A stretch of DNA of 64,000 nucleotides from the sequence record NC_048638.1; one strand, given 5' to 3'. The translations under genes and the position numbers were made by a program. Below are positions 40,082-48,605 of this stretch, piece by piece. The notes below the pieces were generated by a model, which was not told the origin of the DNA, ran no database searches, and saw nothing but the letters and a program-made list of their open reading frames with translations. Each line of letters starts with the position of its first letter. Positions within the stretch are counted from its first letter, which is position 1. Source of the stretch: Pseudomonas phage ZC03.

Positions 40082-40097
40082 CCTGCGCAAGCGCAGG
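40082..40097 (+). promoter_or_regulatory. candidate vRNAP hairpin promoter (CCTGCG-CAAG-CGCAGG)
   Basis: Second hairpin with identical CGCAAGCG core about 60 nt upstream of the ATG at 40157. Confidence 0.4.
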
Positions 40098-40156
40098 TTT
40101 GGTATGTGCAATTCCGTGCATACCTTTCCATTAACAGTCCTTGGAGGGACCGAACC

Positions 40157-40540
40157 ATGCTGCAACCCAAGCTGAACATTGCTCTGGGCAAAAACAAAAA
40201 CACCGTTGAAGAGCGTGCTCCGGAGAAGTACTGGCTCAACATCGGTGAATTTGTTGAATATGAAACCGAAGATGGCGAGATCGAACGTCAGTTCATCTCT
40301 CTGAACTACGGCATTCCGCTGTCTTCGGTGCCTGACATGAAGAAGGGCAATAACCTGCACTGGAACGCAGTCTGTGATGCTAAAGACGGACTGCGTGACC
40401 AGCTGCTGGAAATTGCCCAGAATCTGAAGCCGGGCGAAACCTTCGAGTTCCCCATTACTGTGCAGATCCGGCACGTTGGGGAGAAGCCTGAAATCACCGC
40501 AGAGGAGAACCCGATGCGTGTGAAGCTCCGGATCTCTTAA
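40157..40540 (+). CDS. early hypothetical protein
   Basis: ATG at 40157 preceded by GGAGGGA. The longer track ORF (39995..) would run through the noncoding hairpin region. Confidence 0.45.
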   Translation: MLQPKLNIALGKNKNTVEERAPEKYWLNIGEFVEYETEDGEIERQFISLNYGIPLSSVPDMKKGNNLHWNAVCDAKDGLRDQLLEIAQNLKPGETFEFPITVQIRHVGEKPEITAEENPMRVKLRIS

Positions 40541-40605
40541 GCAATAAAGGGAACCAGTATGCCTTATGGTGTACTGGTTCCCTTGTTTAGTTGAGAAGAT
40601 AGTCC

Positions 40606-40845
40606 ATGAGCAAAGTCATCAGATTTAAAGACGACGGTAGCTACTCACTTATGGATACGAAGACATTTAGCAAGTTCACGCTAAGTAAATGTACTTCACC
40701 TGAGGAGTGCTTTAAGTACGTTTGGAGATCAAAAGTTTATGGAGGTCTTCGGTATACAACAGACAACCAGGCACACGCACAAAATATCTCACTCAGTGAG
40801 TTACCTGAGTTTGTTAGAGCTTTGATAGTCATCTACGACATCTGA
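40606..40845 (+). CDS. early hypothetical protein
   Basis: 79-aa ORF. Confidence 0.35.
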   Translation: MSKVIRFKDDGSYSLMDTKTFSKFTLSKCTSPEECFKYVWRSKVYGGLRYTTDNQAHAQNISLSELPEFVRALIVIYDI

Positions 40846-40855
40846 GGAACCAGAA

Positions 40856-41074
40856 ATGAAGATTAACTTCAATGAGAAAAACAAAATGGTGACCTTTTAC
40901 AGTATTGAAGTAGGACAGTGCTTCATGCACGAGGGCTGGCTCTATATCAAGATTGCTGAAAACACCAAATCCGTCAGTACAAGAGGATGCAAACTGTGTA
41001 CTGGCGTTATACGAGAATTTCTCCAAGACACGTGGGTGGAGCCTGTAGTGGCAGAAGTCACAGTCATTCCGTAG
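40856..41074 (+). CDS. early hypothetical protein
   Basis: 72-aa ORF; GGAACCAGAAATG context. Confidence 0.35.
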   Translation: MKINFNEKNKMVTFYSIEVGQCFMHEGWLYIKIAENTKSVSTRGCKLCTGVIREFLQDTWVEPVVAEVTVIP

Positions 41075-41098
41075 AGGATTAGATTCAACTCAACCTAA

Positions 41099-41127
41099 AG
41101 GCTAAAAGTTAAATTTTTAGCCTTTTT
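41099..41127 (+). terminator. rho-independent terminator
   Basis: AGGCTAAAA-7nt-TTTTAGCCT followed by TTTT. Confidence 0.6.
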
Positions 41128-41160
41128 GGCTAAAGACAGTCTAAAGACTAAGGAGCCAAC

Positions 41161-41343
41161 ATGACTACACAAATCATGATAGTCATTAACCTATTTACGT
41201 TGATAGTAAACACTGCATTGCTCAGTGAATCTTTTAGACAGGGGAATGTTATCAATGTAGTGATACAAACTACTCTAGCAGTCTTAGCTGCTTGGCTTCT
41301 GATCTATAAGTACATCCCTACCCATTGGGGATTTATCAATTAA
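41161..41343 (+). CDS. small membrane protein
   Basis: 60 aa, two hydrophobic helices; RBS AAGGAG upstream. Confidence 0.4.
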   Translation: MTTQIMIVINLFTLIVNTALLSESFRQGNVINVVIQTTLAVLAAWLLIYKYIPTHWGFIN

Positions 41344-41360
41344 AAACAAGGAGAATTACT

Positions 41361-41546
41361 ATGAAATCATCAACTGAAATTCGTGTAACTCTTGAACTAA
41401 CTGCTGCTGAAGCAGCATGGCTGCACGAGGTAATGCAGAATCCACTTACAGAAGGTGGTGATCCAAATCTTGAAGATCCTTATGACAGGATGATGAGAGA
41501 GGCTTTCTACGAAGCTACAGAAATTGAAGGTCGTGATGAAGACTAA
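41361..41546 (+). CDS. early hypothetical protein
   Basis: ATG at 41361 preceded by AAGGAGAATT; the track's upstream extension from 41325 overlaps the previous gene. Confidence 0.35.
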   Translation: MKSSTEIRVTLELTAAEAAWLHEVMQNPLTEGGDPNLEDPYDRMMREAFYEATEIEGRDED

Positions 41547-41557
41547 GGATAGCCACC

Positions 41558-42058
41558 ATGAAAACCTACGCTGGGATTGGAGCCAGAAATACTCCTGATG
41601 ATGTACTGGATCTAATGAGCCAGATTGCAGAAGAACTATCTCCTGCATATATCTTGAGGTCTGGTGGTGCAGATGGAGCTGATGCAGCTTTCGAAAAGGG
41701 AGCTGAACACAGTGAAATCTACATTCCATGGAAAGGCTACAACATTCGAGAAGAAGGAGATGGAATCCTTCTAGATAATGTTCACGCATGGAATGAGGTA
41801 TCCAAGCACTTCCATCCCATGCCTGATAAATGCACCGTAGGAGTACAAAAACTTCATGGAAGAAATGCTTATGTACTCCTTGGACCAGAACTCAATGATC
41901 CAGTCAGCATGGTTATTTGCTGGACTCCTATGGGTGCAATAACAGGAGGTACAGGTTTGGCTTTGAGGATTGCAAAGTATTTTGAAATCCCTGTTTTCAA
42001 CCTGTCTGAAAAGAATGCACTTTCTACATTGATTAACTTTGTGGAGAACCAGCAATGA
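41558..42058 (+). CDS. SLOG/DprA-like Rossmann-fold protein
   Basis: GIGARNTP ... RSGGADGADAAFEKGA resembles the DprA/SLOG-family glycine-rich nucleotide-binding signature. Confidence 0.4.
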   Translation: MKTYAGIGARNTPDDVLDLMSQIAEELSPAYILRSGGADGADAAFEKGAEHSEIYIPWKGYNIREEGDGILLDNVHAWNEVSKHFHPMPDKCTVGVQKLHGRNAYVLLGPELNDPVSMVICWTPMGAITGGTGLALRIAKYFEIPVFNLSEKNALSTLINFVENQQ

Positions 42059-42274
42059 AAGAAAGAGATAAGTGGATTGCTTTGGTTATTTTCAATGTCG
42101 TGCTCTATGTGGCACTGGCTATTGAGATAGCTTACTTTGGGAAGCCTATGTAATGAATTACAGAAAGCACAGTGATTCGTTGAAGATGGTGGCTTTGGTT
42201 GCATATGAGTTTGGAGTTAAAGGACTCCTGTATGACCGAGTCATCTACATCAACTACATAGACTGAGGAAGAAC

Positions 42275-42442
42275 AATGAAACACCCAGAATGTTCTATGT
42301 GTGGTAGCGATCAAGTAGTTCTTGATGCTTATGCTGAATGGTCTTACGTATTTCAAGAGTGGGTATTGCAGTCTACTTTCGATGATGCTTACTGCCTTGA
42401 GTGTGAGGAAAGTACAGAAATCAATTGGGTAGAGGACGAGTA
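42275..42442 (+). CDS. small zinc-ribbon protein
   Basis: 55 aa with CxxC (CSMCGS) ... CxxC (CLEC); below the ORF-track cutoff. Confidence 0.35.
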
Positions 42443-42613
42443 ATGTTTGAAATCATTGTGGTTAGTCTTCTAGCTGTAGTTGTAATAGGTTTTCGAATTG
42501 AGAAAGTCCTTAACAACATCAAGCTAACTTGGTGGGACCATCTAGCGTTGGCTATTTGCCTTGTTTGGTTCTATTTTGTTTTCCTTTGGGCATTCGAGGC
42601 ACCTCCTCAATGA
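42425..42613 (+). CDS. small membrane protein
   Basis: 62 aa, two hydrophobic helices. Confidence 0.35.
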   Translation: MGRGRVMFEIIVVSLLAVVVIGFRIEKVLNNIKLTWWDHLALAICLVWFYFVFLWAFEAPPQ

Positions 42614-42769
42614 ATAATAAAAAAACCCACTACGAACTTCGTACTGTCACTGACTTTGTAATTTGTCAGTATGTCGATTTTGGCATGTTAAAGCGCCATC
42701 TGACGACACATTACAGTCATCTGACAAATTACAAGATCCTCAAAATTACCAAAGAAGAGGAAATCATCT

Positions 42770-43561
42770 ATGAAGTCTCCAGCAGTCCAGAAACAAGAAC
42801 ATCTAGAGACTCTGTACAACAAGTTTCAGCAGATTCCCTTTCTGACCAAGCTGTTTGAAGAGGCTAACATTGCACCAGCAGGTGACCCTGCAACACCTCA
42901 TATCATCAAGCTTCTGGTTCATCTTGCTATACAGAAACGGCTACAAGTAGGGGCTGCTATTGGAATATTAGCTTCCAAGATCAGCCTTGAAGATGCTGTT
43001 ACTGTTATTGAGGCTTGTGTAGAAGCTGGGATTGTGGCTCATGATCCTAAAAAGAATGAGCTGATAGTAGTGCTGGAACCAGACAAGGCTACACAGGAGA
43101 AGATGAAACATTATATGTTTCCACCTCCTATGGTATGTAAGCCTAAGACTGTAAAGCACAATGGACAGTCTGGATATCTTCTGATTGATACTTCTGTAAT
43201 GACTAAGAAGTCTCATACCAAAGAAGATGTCTGTCTGGATGTAATAAACATCCTTAACAGTTTCCAGTTCAAGTTGAACCTGGACATCTTGAAATACTCA
43301 TCTAAGTACAAGTCTCTTTCTAAAATGAAAGAAGGAGAAACTGTAATTGAGTACAACAAGAGGCTGAAGCAATGGAAAAACTTTGACAGTGAAACTCGTG
43401 AGCTGATCAAGAATCACTATTCTGATGAAGATACTATCTGGTTCACTCACTGCTACGATAAAAGAGGTAGGATCTACTGTCGTGGATACCACTTCAATTA
43501 TCAAGGCTGTGAGTGGAGAAAGGCTCTTATCCAATTTGAACCAGAAGTCCTTCAGGAATAA
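42770..43561 (+). CDS. RNA polymerase II small subunit (N4 gp15-like, N-terminal-domain half of a split T7-like RNAP)
   Basis: 263 aa, immediately upstream of the catalytic-half gene. The sizes match the N4 RNAPII heterodimer (about 269 and 404 aa). Confidence 0.55.
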   Translation: MKSPAVQKQEHLETLYNKFQQIPFLTKLFEEANIAPAGDPATPHIIKLLVHLAIQKRLQVGAAIGILASKISLEDAVTVIEACVEAGIVAHDPKKNELIVVLEPDKATQEKMKHYMFPPPMVCKPKTVKHNGQSGYLLIDTSVMTKKSHTKEDVCLDVINILNSFQFKLNLDILKYSSKYKSLSKMKEGETVIEYNKRLKQWKNFDSETRELIKNHYSDEDTIWFTHCYDKRGRIYCRGYHFNYQGCEWRKALIQFEPEVLQE

Positions 43562-43613
43562 AAGCTAACTGGCTTACTGAATAAAGGCACTTACATAGTG
43601 CCTTTTTTATTGC

Positions 43614-43817
43614 TTGGAGGAAGCAGTAATGATTAATACCACACTCTTGGTTACTCGCTTGAATGCTAGATGTCTGCAAGTTGTAGCTGAAGAGTCAGGA
43701 GTATCTTATTCCTGTCTTTCAAACATTAGGCACGGTAGGACCAAGCTACCTCAGCATAGGACATTGGTAAAACTTCTTCCTGTACTCGGATTGAAGCTGG
43801 AGATCAAGAATGCTTAA
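43614..43817 (+). CDS. small HTH (XRE-like) DNA-binding protein
   Basis: 67 aa; LQVVAEESGVSYSCLSNIRHGRTK helix-turn-helix signature; lies between the two RNAPII subunit genes. Confidence 0.4.
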   Translation: MEEAVMINTTLLVTRLNARCLQVVAEESGVSYSCLSNIRHGRTKLPQHRTLVKLLPVLGLKLEIKNA

Positions 43818-45003
43818 TCTCACTCCCAAAGACTTCCTTTATTCTGAGATCGCTGGTCGATTTGGTAAGGACAAAGAGAGCTGGGAAAACAGATTACTTT
43901 GGTGTCTGCTCAATATTGATCATCTTGAAGAGCTGGCCTCTGAAGCCAAAGAACCAATCCTGTATCAAGCTGCTGTTCAAGCTCTGAGAGATGTAGAAGC
44001 AGGAAAACCCACTGGGTATCCAGTTATGTTTGACTGCTCTGCTTCAGGTATGCAACTCCTCTCGATTCTTACAGGAGATAGGAATGCTGCTCGTATCTGC
44101 AACGTCATAGGCCAATCCTTCATTGATCCTTATATGCACCTTCATGGTTCCATGCAGGAGCGTCTGGGAACCAATGAAACCATTGAACGGGATTCAGTTA
44201 AGCAAGCCATTATGACTAGCCTCTACGGCTCTGAAGCTGAGCCAGGAAAGCTATTCCAAGGTGATGCATTGAATGCTTTCTACGAGACCATGGAAGCTGA
44301 GCTGCCTCTGTGCTGGGAACTCAATCAGGCGATTCTGGATTTCCTCAAGGAGAGTGATGCAGAGTCCTATGACTGGGTGATGCCTGATAACTTTCATGTC
44401 TTCTGTCCTGTAACTGAAACGGTATACACAGAGGTAGCCTGCTTGGGTTCTACCCATGTGGTAGGACAGAAGAAACAGCAGGCTCATCGAAGGAATAGAA
44501 GCCTCGGAGCCAATATGACTCATTCTGTCGAGTCTTTCTTGGTTCGTGAGCTTATCCGTAGATGCAACGTACCCAGTGAAACCCGTATCAAAGTACAGGA
44601 GCTACTCAATACATGGAGAACCAGTGACAAGCACAGTAGGAAAGGAAATGTGGAGATGGTCCTCAAACTTCAATCTCTGTACGAGAAGTCAGGATTCATG
44701 TCTGCACGCATCTTTGAGTATCTGGATAACATCAGTATTCAACTTGTGGACATAAAGGCTGTAGAGAAGATCTTCAAAACAGTTCCTGATAAAACCTTTC
44801 CGATTAAATCAGTACACGACTGTTACGCTACCCATCCCAATAATGCTTTGGATCTTCTTTTGGTGTTTAGAAGTCTCTACGCCGAGCTGTCTCAAAGCAA
44901 CATGCTTAACTACTTATTGGGATGTATAAGTGGTGATGATATGGGAGTAGACATTGAAGATATGTCTGAAGACATTCTTCAAGCTACCTATATCCTCACC
45001 TAA
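43810..45003 (+). CDS. RNA polymerase II catalytic subunit (N4 gp16-like; T7-like palm/fingers)
   Basis: 397 aa; FDCSASGMQ (T7 RNAP DGSCSGIQH motif A analogue) and VHDCYATHPNN (HDSFG motif C analogue). Confidence 0.65.
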   Translation: MLNLTPKDFLYSEIAGRFGKDKESWENRLLWCLLNIDHLEELASEAKEPILYQAAVQALRDVEAGKPTGYPVMFDCSASGMQLLSILTGDRNAARICNVIGQSFIDPYMHLHGSMQERLGTNETIERDSVKQAIMTSLYGSEAEPGKLFQGDALNAFYETMEAELPLCWELNQAILDFLKESDAESYDWVMPDNFHVFCPVTETVYTEVACLGSTHVVGQKKQQAHRRNRSLGANMTHSVESFLVRELIRRCNVPSETRIKVQELLNTWRTSDKHSRKGNVEMVLKLQSLYEKSGFMSARIFEYLDNISIQLVDIKAVEKIFKTVPDKTFPIKSVHDCYATHPNNALDLLLVFRSLYAELSQSNMLNYLLGCISGDDMGVDIEDMSEDILQATYILT

Positions 45004-45009
45004 CACACT

Positions 45010-45041
45010 CCCACAGGTTAACGCCTGTGGGAATTTTTTTT
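45010..45041 (+). terminator. rho-independent terminator
   Basis: CCCACAGG-TTAACG-CCTGTGGG followed by AATTTTTTTT. Confidence 0.65.
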
Positions 45042-45052
45042 AAGGAAAGACA

Positions 45053-45250
45053 ATGAGCAATCTCAAGAATCTGTACACCATTTCCCCTAAACATGCTCCT
45101 GCCATTCTGGAGAAACTGTTTGAGGCAAATCTGGTTCCCTTCCTGAAGTCTCCACCCGGACGAGGGAAGTCAGCTTTGTTTCGTGCATTTGCTGAGAAAT
45201 GGAATTTAGAACTAATCGACATTCGACTGTCCATGTATGAGCCTCAAGAT
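45053..45250 (+). CDS. MoxR-like AAA+ ATPase, exon 1 (Walker A)
   Basis: SPPGRGKSALF Walker A; the frame ends ...IRLSMYEPQD directly before the inserted element. Confidence 0.55.
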
Positions 45251-46165
45251 TAATTTAGTCCTTTACGGTAGAAATACCGTATCGAAAATCGCCTAAACGG
45301 GGGAACTCCGACATTGATTAAATGATGAACCATATGTATTATTGGTTTACCGTTTAATCAAACAAGGACAATCCCGTGCTAAATACAATTTGGAAGCCTG
45401 TACCTGGATTTGAAGATCAGTATGAAGTTTCAAATACAGGACAAGTTAGATCAAAACTAAGGTATGTTCCTACGAGCCGAGGAAAGGGGTTAAGACCTGT
45501 AAAAGAAAAAATTATTGCTCAGACACTAGATAGTGCTAAGCAATATTTGCAGGTCTCTCTTTGGAAAAACAATACAGCAAAAACAGTAAATGTGCATAGA
45601 CTGGTTGCTTCGGCTTTCCACGAGAATAAGGACAATCTTAGAGAGGTAAACCATATAGATGGAAACAAGCTAAACAATAATGCTTGTAACCTCGAATGGT
45701 GTACTTCATCTGAAAACAAAATACATGCTAGAAAATTAGGGTTATACCCCAATCTTGGCTTGAGTGGCTCCCAAACCAGTAAAGCTATTGGCAGAAAATT
45801 TAGCAAAACCAGTAAATTCCATAATGTTGGAAGAGACAATCGTAGAAATAAATGGATTGGATCAATAAAACATAATGGAAAAACCTACAAACCAAAAAGG
45901 TTTGATTGCGAAATTGAAGCTGCCAAGTATGTAGATATGCTTTTGGATGAAGTAAACGACACAGTTCGTCCTCGAAATTCCGAATTGTTAAATGCCTAAC
46001 GACTATCCCGCAAGGGAGTAGGGCCAAGTGGCTCGAAACGGCGATAGCCCAAACAGGTCAAGCTGTGGGCTTTGATATAGTCTGCTCTGCATAGAGATAT
46101 GCAGCAGTCATAGTTTGAAGGGAACTATGACGGGTGTGACTTAACGAATCACACTGAACACAAGG
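45251..46165 (+). mobile_element. putative group I intron carrying an HNH-AP2 homing endonuclease ORF
   Basis: 915 nt interrupting the ATPase frame. P7-like GACTAT (46001) pairs with ATAGTC inside GATATAGTC (about 46083). A GNRA hairpin CCCGCAAGGG is present. There is a U at the 5' splice site and a G at the 3' end. The exon join restores EPQD-FTGLP, matching the MoxR PSDITG segment. Confidence 0.5.
45376..45999 (+). CDS. HNH homing endonuclease with C-terminal AP2 DNA-binding domain (intron-encoded)
   Basis: NHIDGNKLNNNACNLEWCTSSEN (HNH) and RKFSKTSKFHNVGRDNRRNKWIGSIKHNGKTYKPKRFDCEIEAAKYVD (AP2-like). Confidence 0.6.
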   Translation: MLNTIWKPVPGFEDQYEVSNTGQVRSKLRYVPTSRGKGLRPVKEKIIAQTLDSAKQYLQVSLWKNNTAKTVNVHRLVASAFHENKDNLREVNHIDGNKLNNNACNLEWCTSSENKIHARKLGLYPNLGLSGSQTSKAIGRKFSKTSKFHNVGRDNRRNKWIGSIKHNGKTYKPKRFDCEIEAAKYVDMLLDEVNDTVRPRNSELLNA

Positions 46166-46996
46166 TTTACAGGTCTCCCTTTCGATGACGGTAAGAAGTC
46201 CAAATTCAAGCCTTTCGATCTGCTGCCTCTTGAAGGTGATCCTTTGCCCAAGGGCAAAGATGGATGGCTGATCCTGTTGGATGAGTTCTCACATGCTGAA
46301 CCAGAAATGATTCGTGCCAGTTACAAGCTGGTATTGGATCGTATGGCAGGACAGAATCGAATTCATGAAAATGCTCTGGTAGCTCTGGCAGGTAACTCTG
46401 TAGATGACAATGCTCTAGCTAATAACACTGGTACTGCACTGAATAGCCGAGTTACTCATCTCATTCTTGGTTCTGATCCAGAATACTGGACTCAGCAGAT
46501 TGCAGCACCTCAAGGTTTTGACCACCGAGTTATTGGCTTCATCTCTGCAAACAAGGACTGTCTGAACGACTTTGATCCAGACCAAGATGAGCACAGCTTC
46601 TGCTCTGAACGTACTTGGGAATTCGTATCTCGTCTGATCAAAGGCGTTGATGACGTAAGCCCTCTGACTCCTGCTATTGCAGGCACCATCACTCCAGGTG
46701 TAGCTACGAGTTTTGTTCAGTTCTGTGATGTGTATAAGGATCTGGTCAACATTAATGATGTTGTAAATGATCCTGAGAATTGTCCTCTGCCTAGTGAAAA
46801 CGTAACACGTTGGGCATTGGTAACTCACCTGGCTAAGGAAGCAGACATAAATAACATTGAAGCATTGGCTATCTATGTTGATCGTCTGCCTATCCAGTAC
46901 GTCATTATTTTCCTTCAAATGATTCGTGGGCAGAGTAGCCTTATTTCTAATAAGAAAGTTCATGCTCTGTTGGCACGTCTCGGGAAGATGCTCTAA
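46166..46996 (+). CDS. MoxR-like AAA+ ATPase, exon 2 (Walker B onward)
   Basis: FTGLPFDD...LILLDEFSHAEPEM (Walker B and sensor). The frame is open from 46145 and joins in-frame to exon 1. Confidence 0.55.
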   Translation, partial: FTGLPFDDGKKSKFKPFDLLPLEGDPLPKGKDGWLILLDEFSHAEPEMIRASYKLVLDRMAGQNRIHENALVALAGNSVDDNALANNTGTALNSRVTHLILGSDPEYWTQQIAAPQGFDHRVIGFISANKDCLNDFDPDQDEHSFCSERTWEFVSRLIKGVDDVSPLTPAIAGTITPGVATSFVQFCDVYKDLVNINDVVNDPENCPLPSENVTRWALVTHLAKEADINNIEALAIYVDRLPIQYVIIFLQMIRGQSSLISNKKVHALLARLGKML

Positions 46997-48153
46997 TGGA
47001 AAAAGAACTCGAAAAGGCATGGGACGAGTTAGTCGTCTCTGTCTTTATAGGCTCTAATAGAGCCTTCTATGGATCACTCTTGTGTAGTCTTGACCTGAAG
47101 TGGGATGAGACTATTCCCACTGCTGCTGTTACAACTGACATGGAAATCCTTTGGAATCCCAACTTCTTTCTAAGACTCCCAAAAGAGACTCGTAAGTTTG
47201 TACTGCTTCATGAGATCGAGCACGTTGCACGTTTGCACATGATTCGTAAAGGTGATCGAGATCATGAGACATGGGTACAAGCCTGTGACTATGAAATTAA
47301 TCTGGCTCAGGTAGATGAAGGTCTTACCTACGAGGGAACCAGTCCACTTATCTCTGAAGAATATCGTGGTATGACTGCTGAGCAGATCTATGATCTGCTC
47401 CAGCAAAAGAAAGAAGATGGTGGCAATGGAGAGGAAGATAAAAATGGATCTTGGGGTGATGGCTCAACTGACATAGTGGAAGGCGAAGGTAATCAACCTG
47501 AGCTGACTCAAGCACAGATAGCCAAAATCATCAATACGGTAGCTAAAGCTATCCAGGCTGAGAAGATCTCTGGATTCAGTACAAATAAGACTGAAGCCAT
47601 TGAATCCATCCTGAATAAATTCCTTAAACCTTCTCTGGATTGGAATAAGTTTCTGAGACGGTACATGACAGATAAGTTGCAAAAGCAACTGTCATGGAAA
47701 AGGAGAAACAAGAGGTACTCAGATATCTATCTTCCTTCCCGAAGAAAAGACAAGAAGGGACTTACCAATATTACCTTCTATCTGGATACCTCTGGTTCCA
47801 TCACTAACAAGATGGTCGAGATCTTCAATTCAGAAGTGAAGTATGTATTTGAACACTTTCAGCCTAAAGCTTTGAATGTTATCCAGTTCGATACAGAGAT
47901 TCGACTTGAAACTACCTATACCAGGGGAACCAGAATCAAACAGATGAAGGTATCTGGTCGAGGTGGTACTGATCTCACCTGTGTGCATGAGCACATCAAG
48001 AAAACCAAACCCAACATTGTTGTAGTCCTGTCTGACCTTGATTGTTTGCCTATGGAAACTATCAAGGGTTTAGACATTCTCTGGATCGTGTTTAATAACC
48101 CAAATGCCCAAGTACAACAAGGTAGGGTATTCCATGTAAATACAGGGGGTTAA
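46996..48153 (+). CDS. vWA-domain protein with HExxH motif (N4 gp25-like partner of the MoxR ATPase)
   Basis: MIDAS DTSGS (FYLDTSGSIT) and LLHEIEHVARLH. Confidence 0.55.
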   Translation: MEKELEKAWDELVVSVFIGSNRAFYGSLLCSLDLKWDETIPTAAVTTDMEILWNPNFFLRLPKETRKFVLLHEIEHVARLHMIRKGDRDHETWVQACDYEINLAQVDEGLTYEGTSPLISEEYRGMTAEQIYDLLQQKKEDGGNGEEDKNGSWGDGSTDIVEGEGNQPELTQAQIAKIINTVAKAIQAEKISGFSTNKTEAIESILNKFLKPSLDWNKFLRRYMTDKLQKQLSWKRRNKRYSDIYLPSRRKDKKGLTNITFYLDTSGSITNKMVEIFNSEVKYVFEHFQPKALNVIQFDTEIRLETTYTRGTRIKQMKVSGRGGTDLTCVHEHIKKTKPNIVVVLSDLDCLPMETIKGLDILWIVFNNPNAQVQQGRVFHVNTGG

Positions 48154-48345
48154 ATGAAAGATAAAGAGAAAGAATTGGAAAAATGGCTAGAAGCCTGTCC
48201 TCTGCCAGTAATCGGTAGAGTACTGGATGACAAAACGGATATCCGTTTTTTAGCAGCATCTCATTTTCTTTATAAAGAAGACCCATTAATTGCTATTCCA
48301 TTAAGCACACTTGCTTCGCTTCTATTGAAAAGAGAGCAGCCATGA
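48154..48345 (+). CDS. hypothetical protein
   Basis: 63-aa ORF in the middle-gene series. Confidence 0.3.
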   Translation: MKDKEKELEKWLEACPLPVIGRVLDDKTDIRFLAASHFLYKEDPLIAIPLSTLASLLLKREQP

Positions 48346-48605
48346 CAGCCAAAAAATCCAACAAAGAAAAGAAGCCATTGCCTGGCTTTGAATTAACTGA
48401 AGTAGCATTAATTGCTTCTTTTTTGAAAATAGAAGCCTTGGAAGAAGAAAACGAGAAGCTACGCCAACTCCTGAAAGAACTGGTTTCTTGGATTCCCTCA
48501 GCTGATACCTACAGACGTTTGGGATTTGACCCCGAAGCACCAATGCGAGCGTATAAAGAGGCTAAAGCTGTACTAGGTATCACAAATAGTAAAGAAAATG
48601 CGTAA
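48342..48605 (+). CDS. hypothetical protein
   Basis: 87-aa ORF; overlapping starts/stops. Confidence 0.3.
   Translation: MTAKKSNKEKKPLPGFELTEVALIASFLKIEALEEENEKLRQLLKELVSWIPSADTYRRLGFDPEAPMRAYKEAKAVLGITNSKENA

Noticed and set aside
39995-40156. N-terminal extension of the 181-aa track ORF (39995..40540)
   Set aside because: The extension is hydrophobic junk (FPSSLGVGFDWLFVPFFFPFLL), runs through the hairpin promoter candidate, and has no RBS. The ATG at 40157 with GGAGGGA is the credible start.
40541-40605. 10-bp hairpin GGGAACCAGT...ACTGGTTCCC after the 40157 gene, as a terminator
   Set aside because: The 14-nt loop and weak T-tract (TTGTTTAGTT) make a classical intrinsic terminator uncertain. 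It may be an RNA stability or processing element instead, so it is not listed as a feature.
42529-42858. 109-aa ORF overlapping the start of the RNAPII small subunit gene
   Set aside because: Overlaps two better-supported genes in another frame; no distinctive motif.
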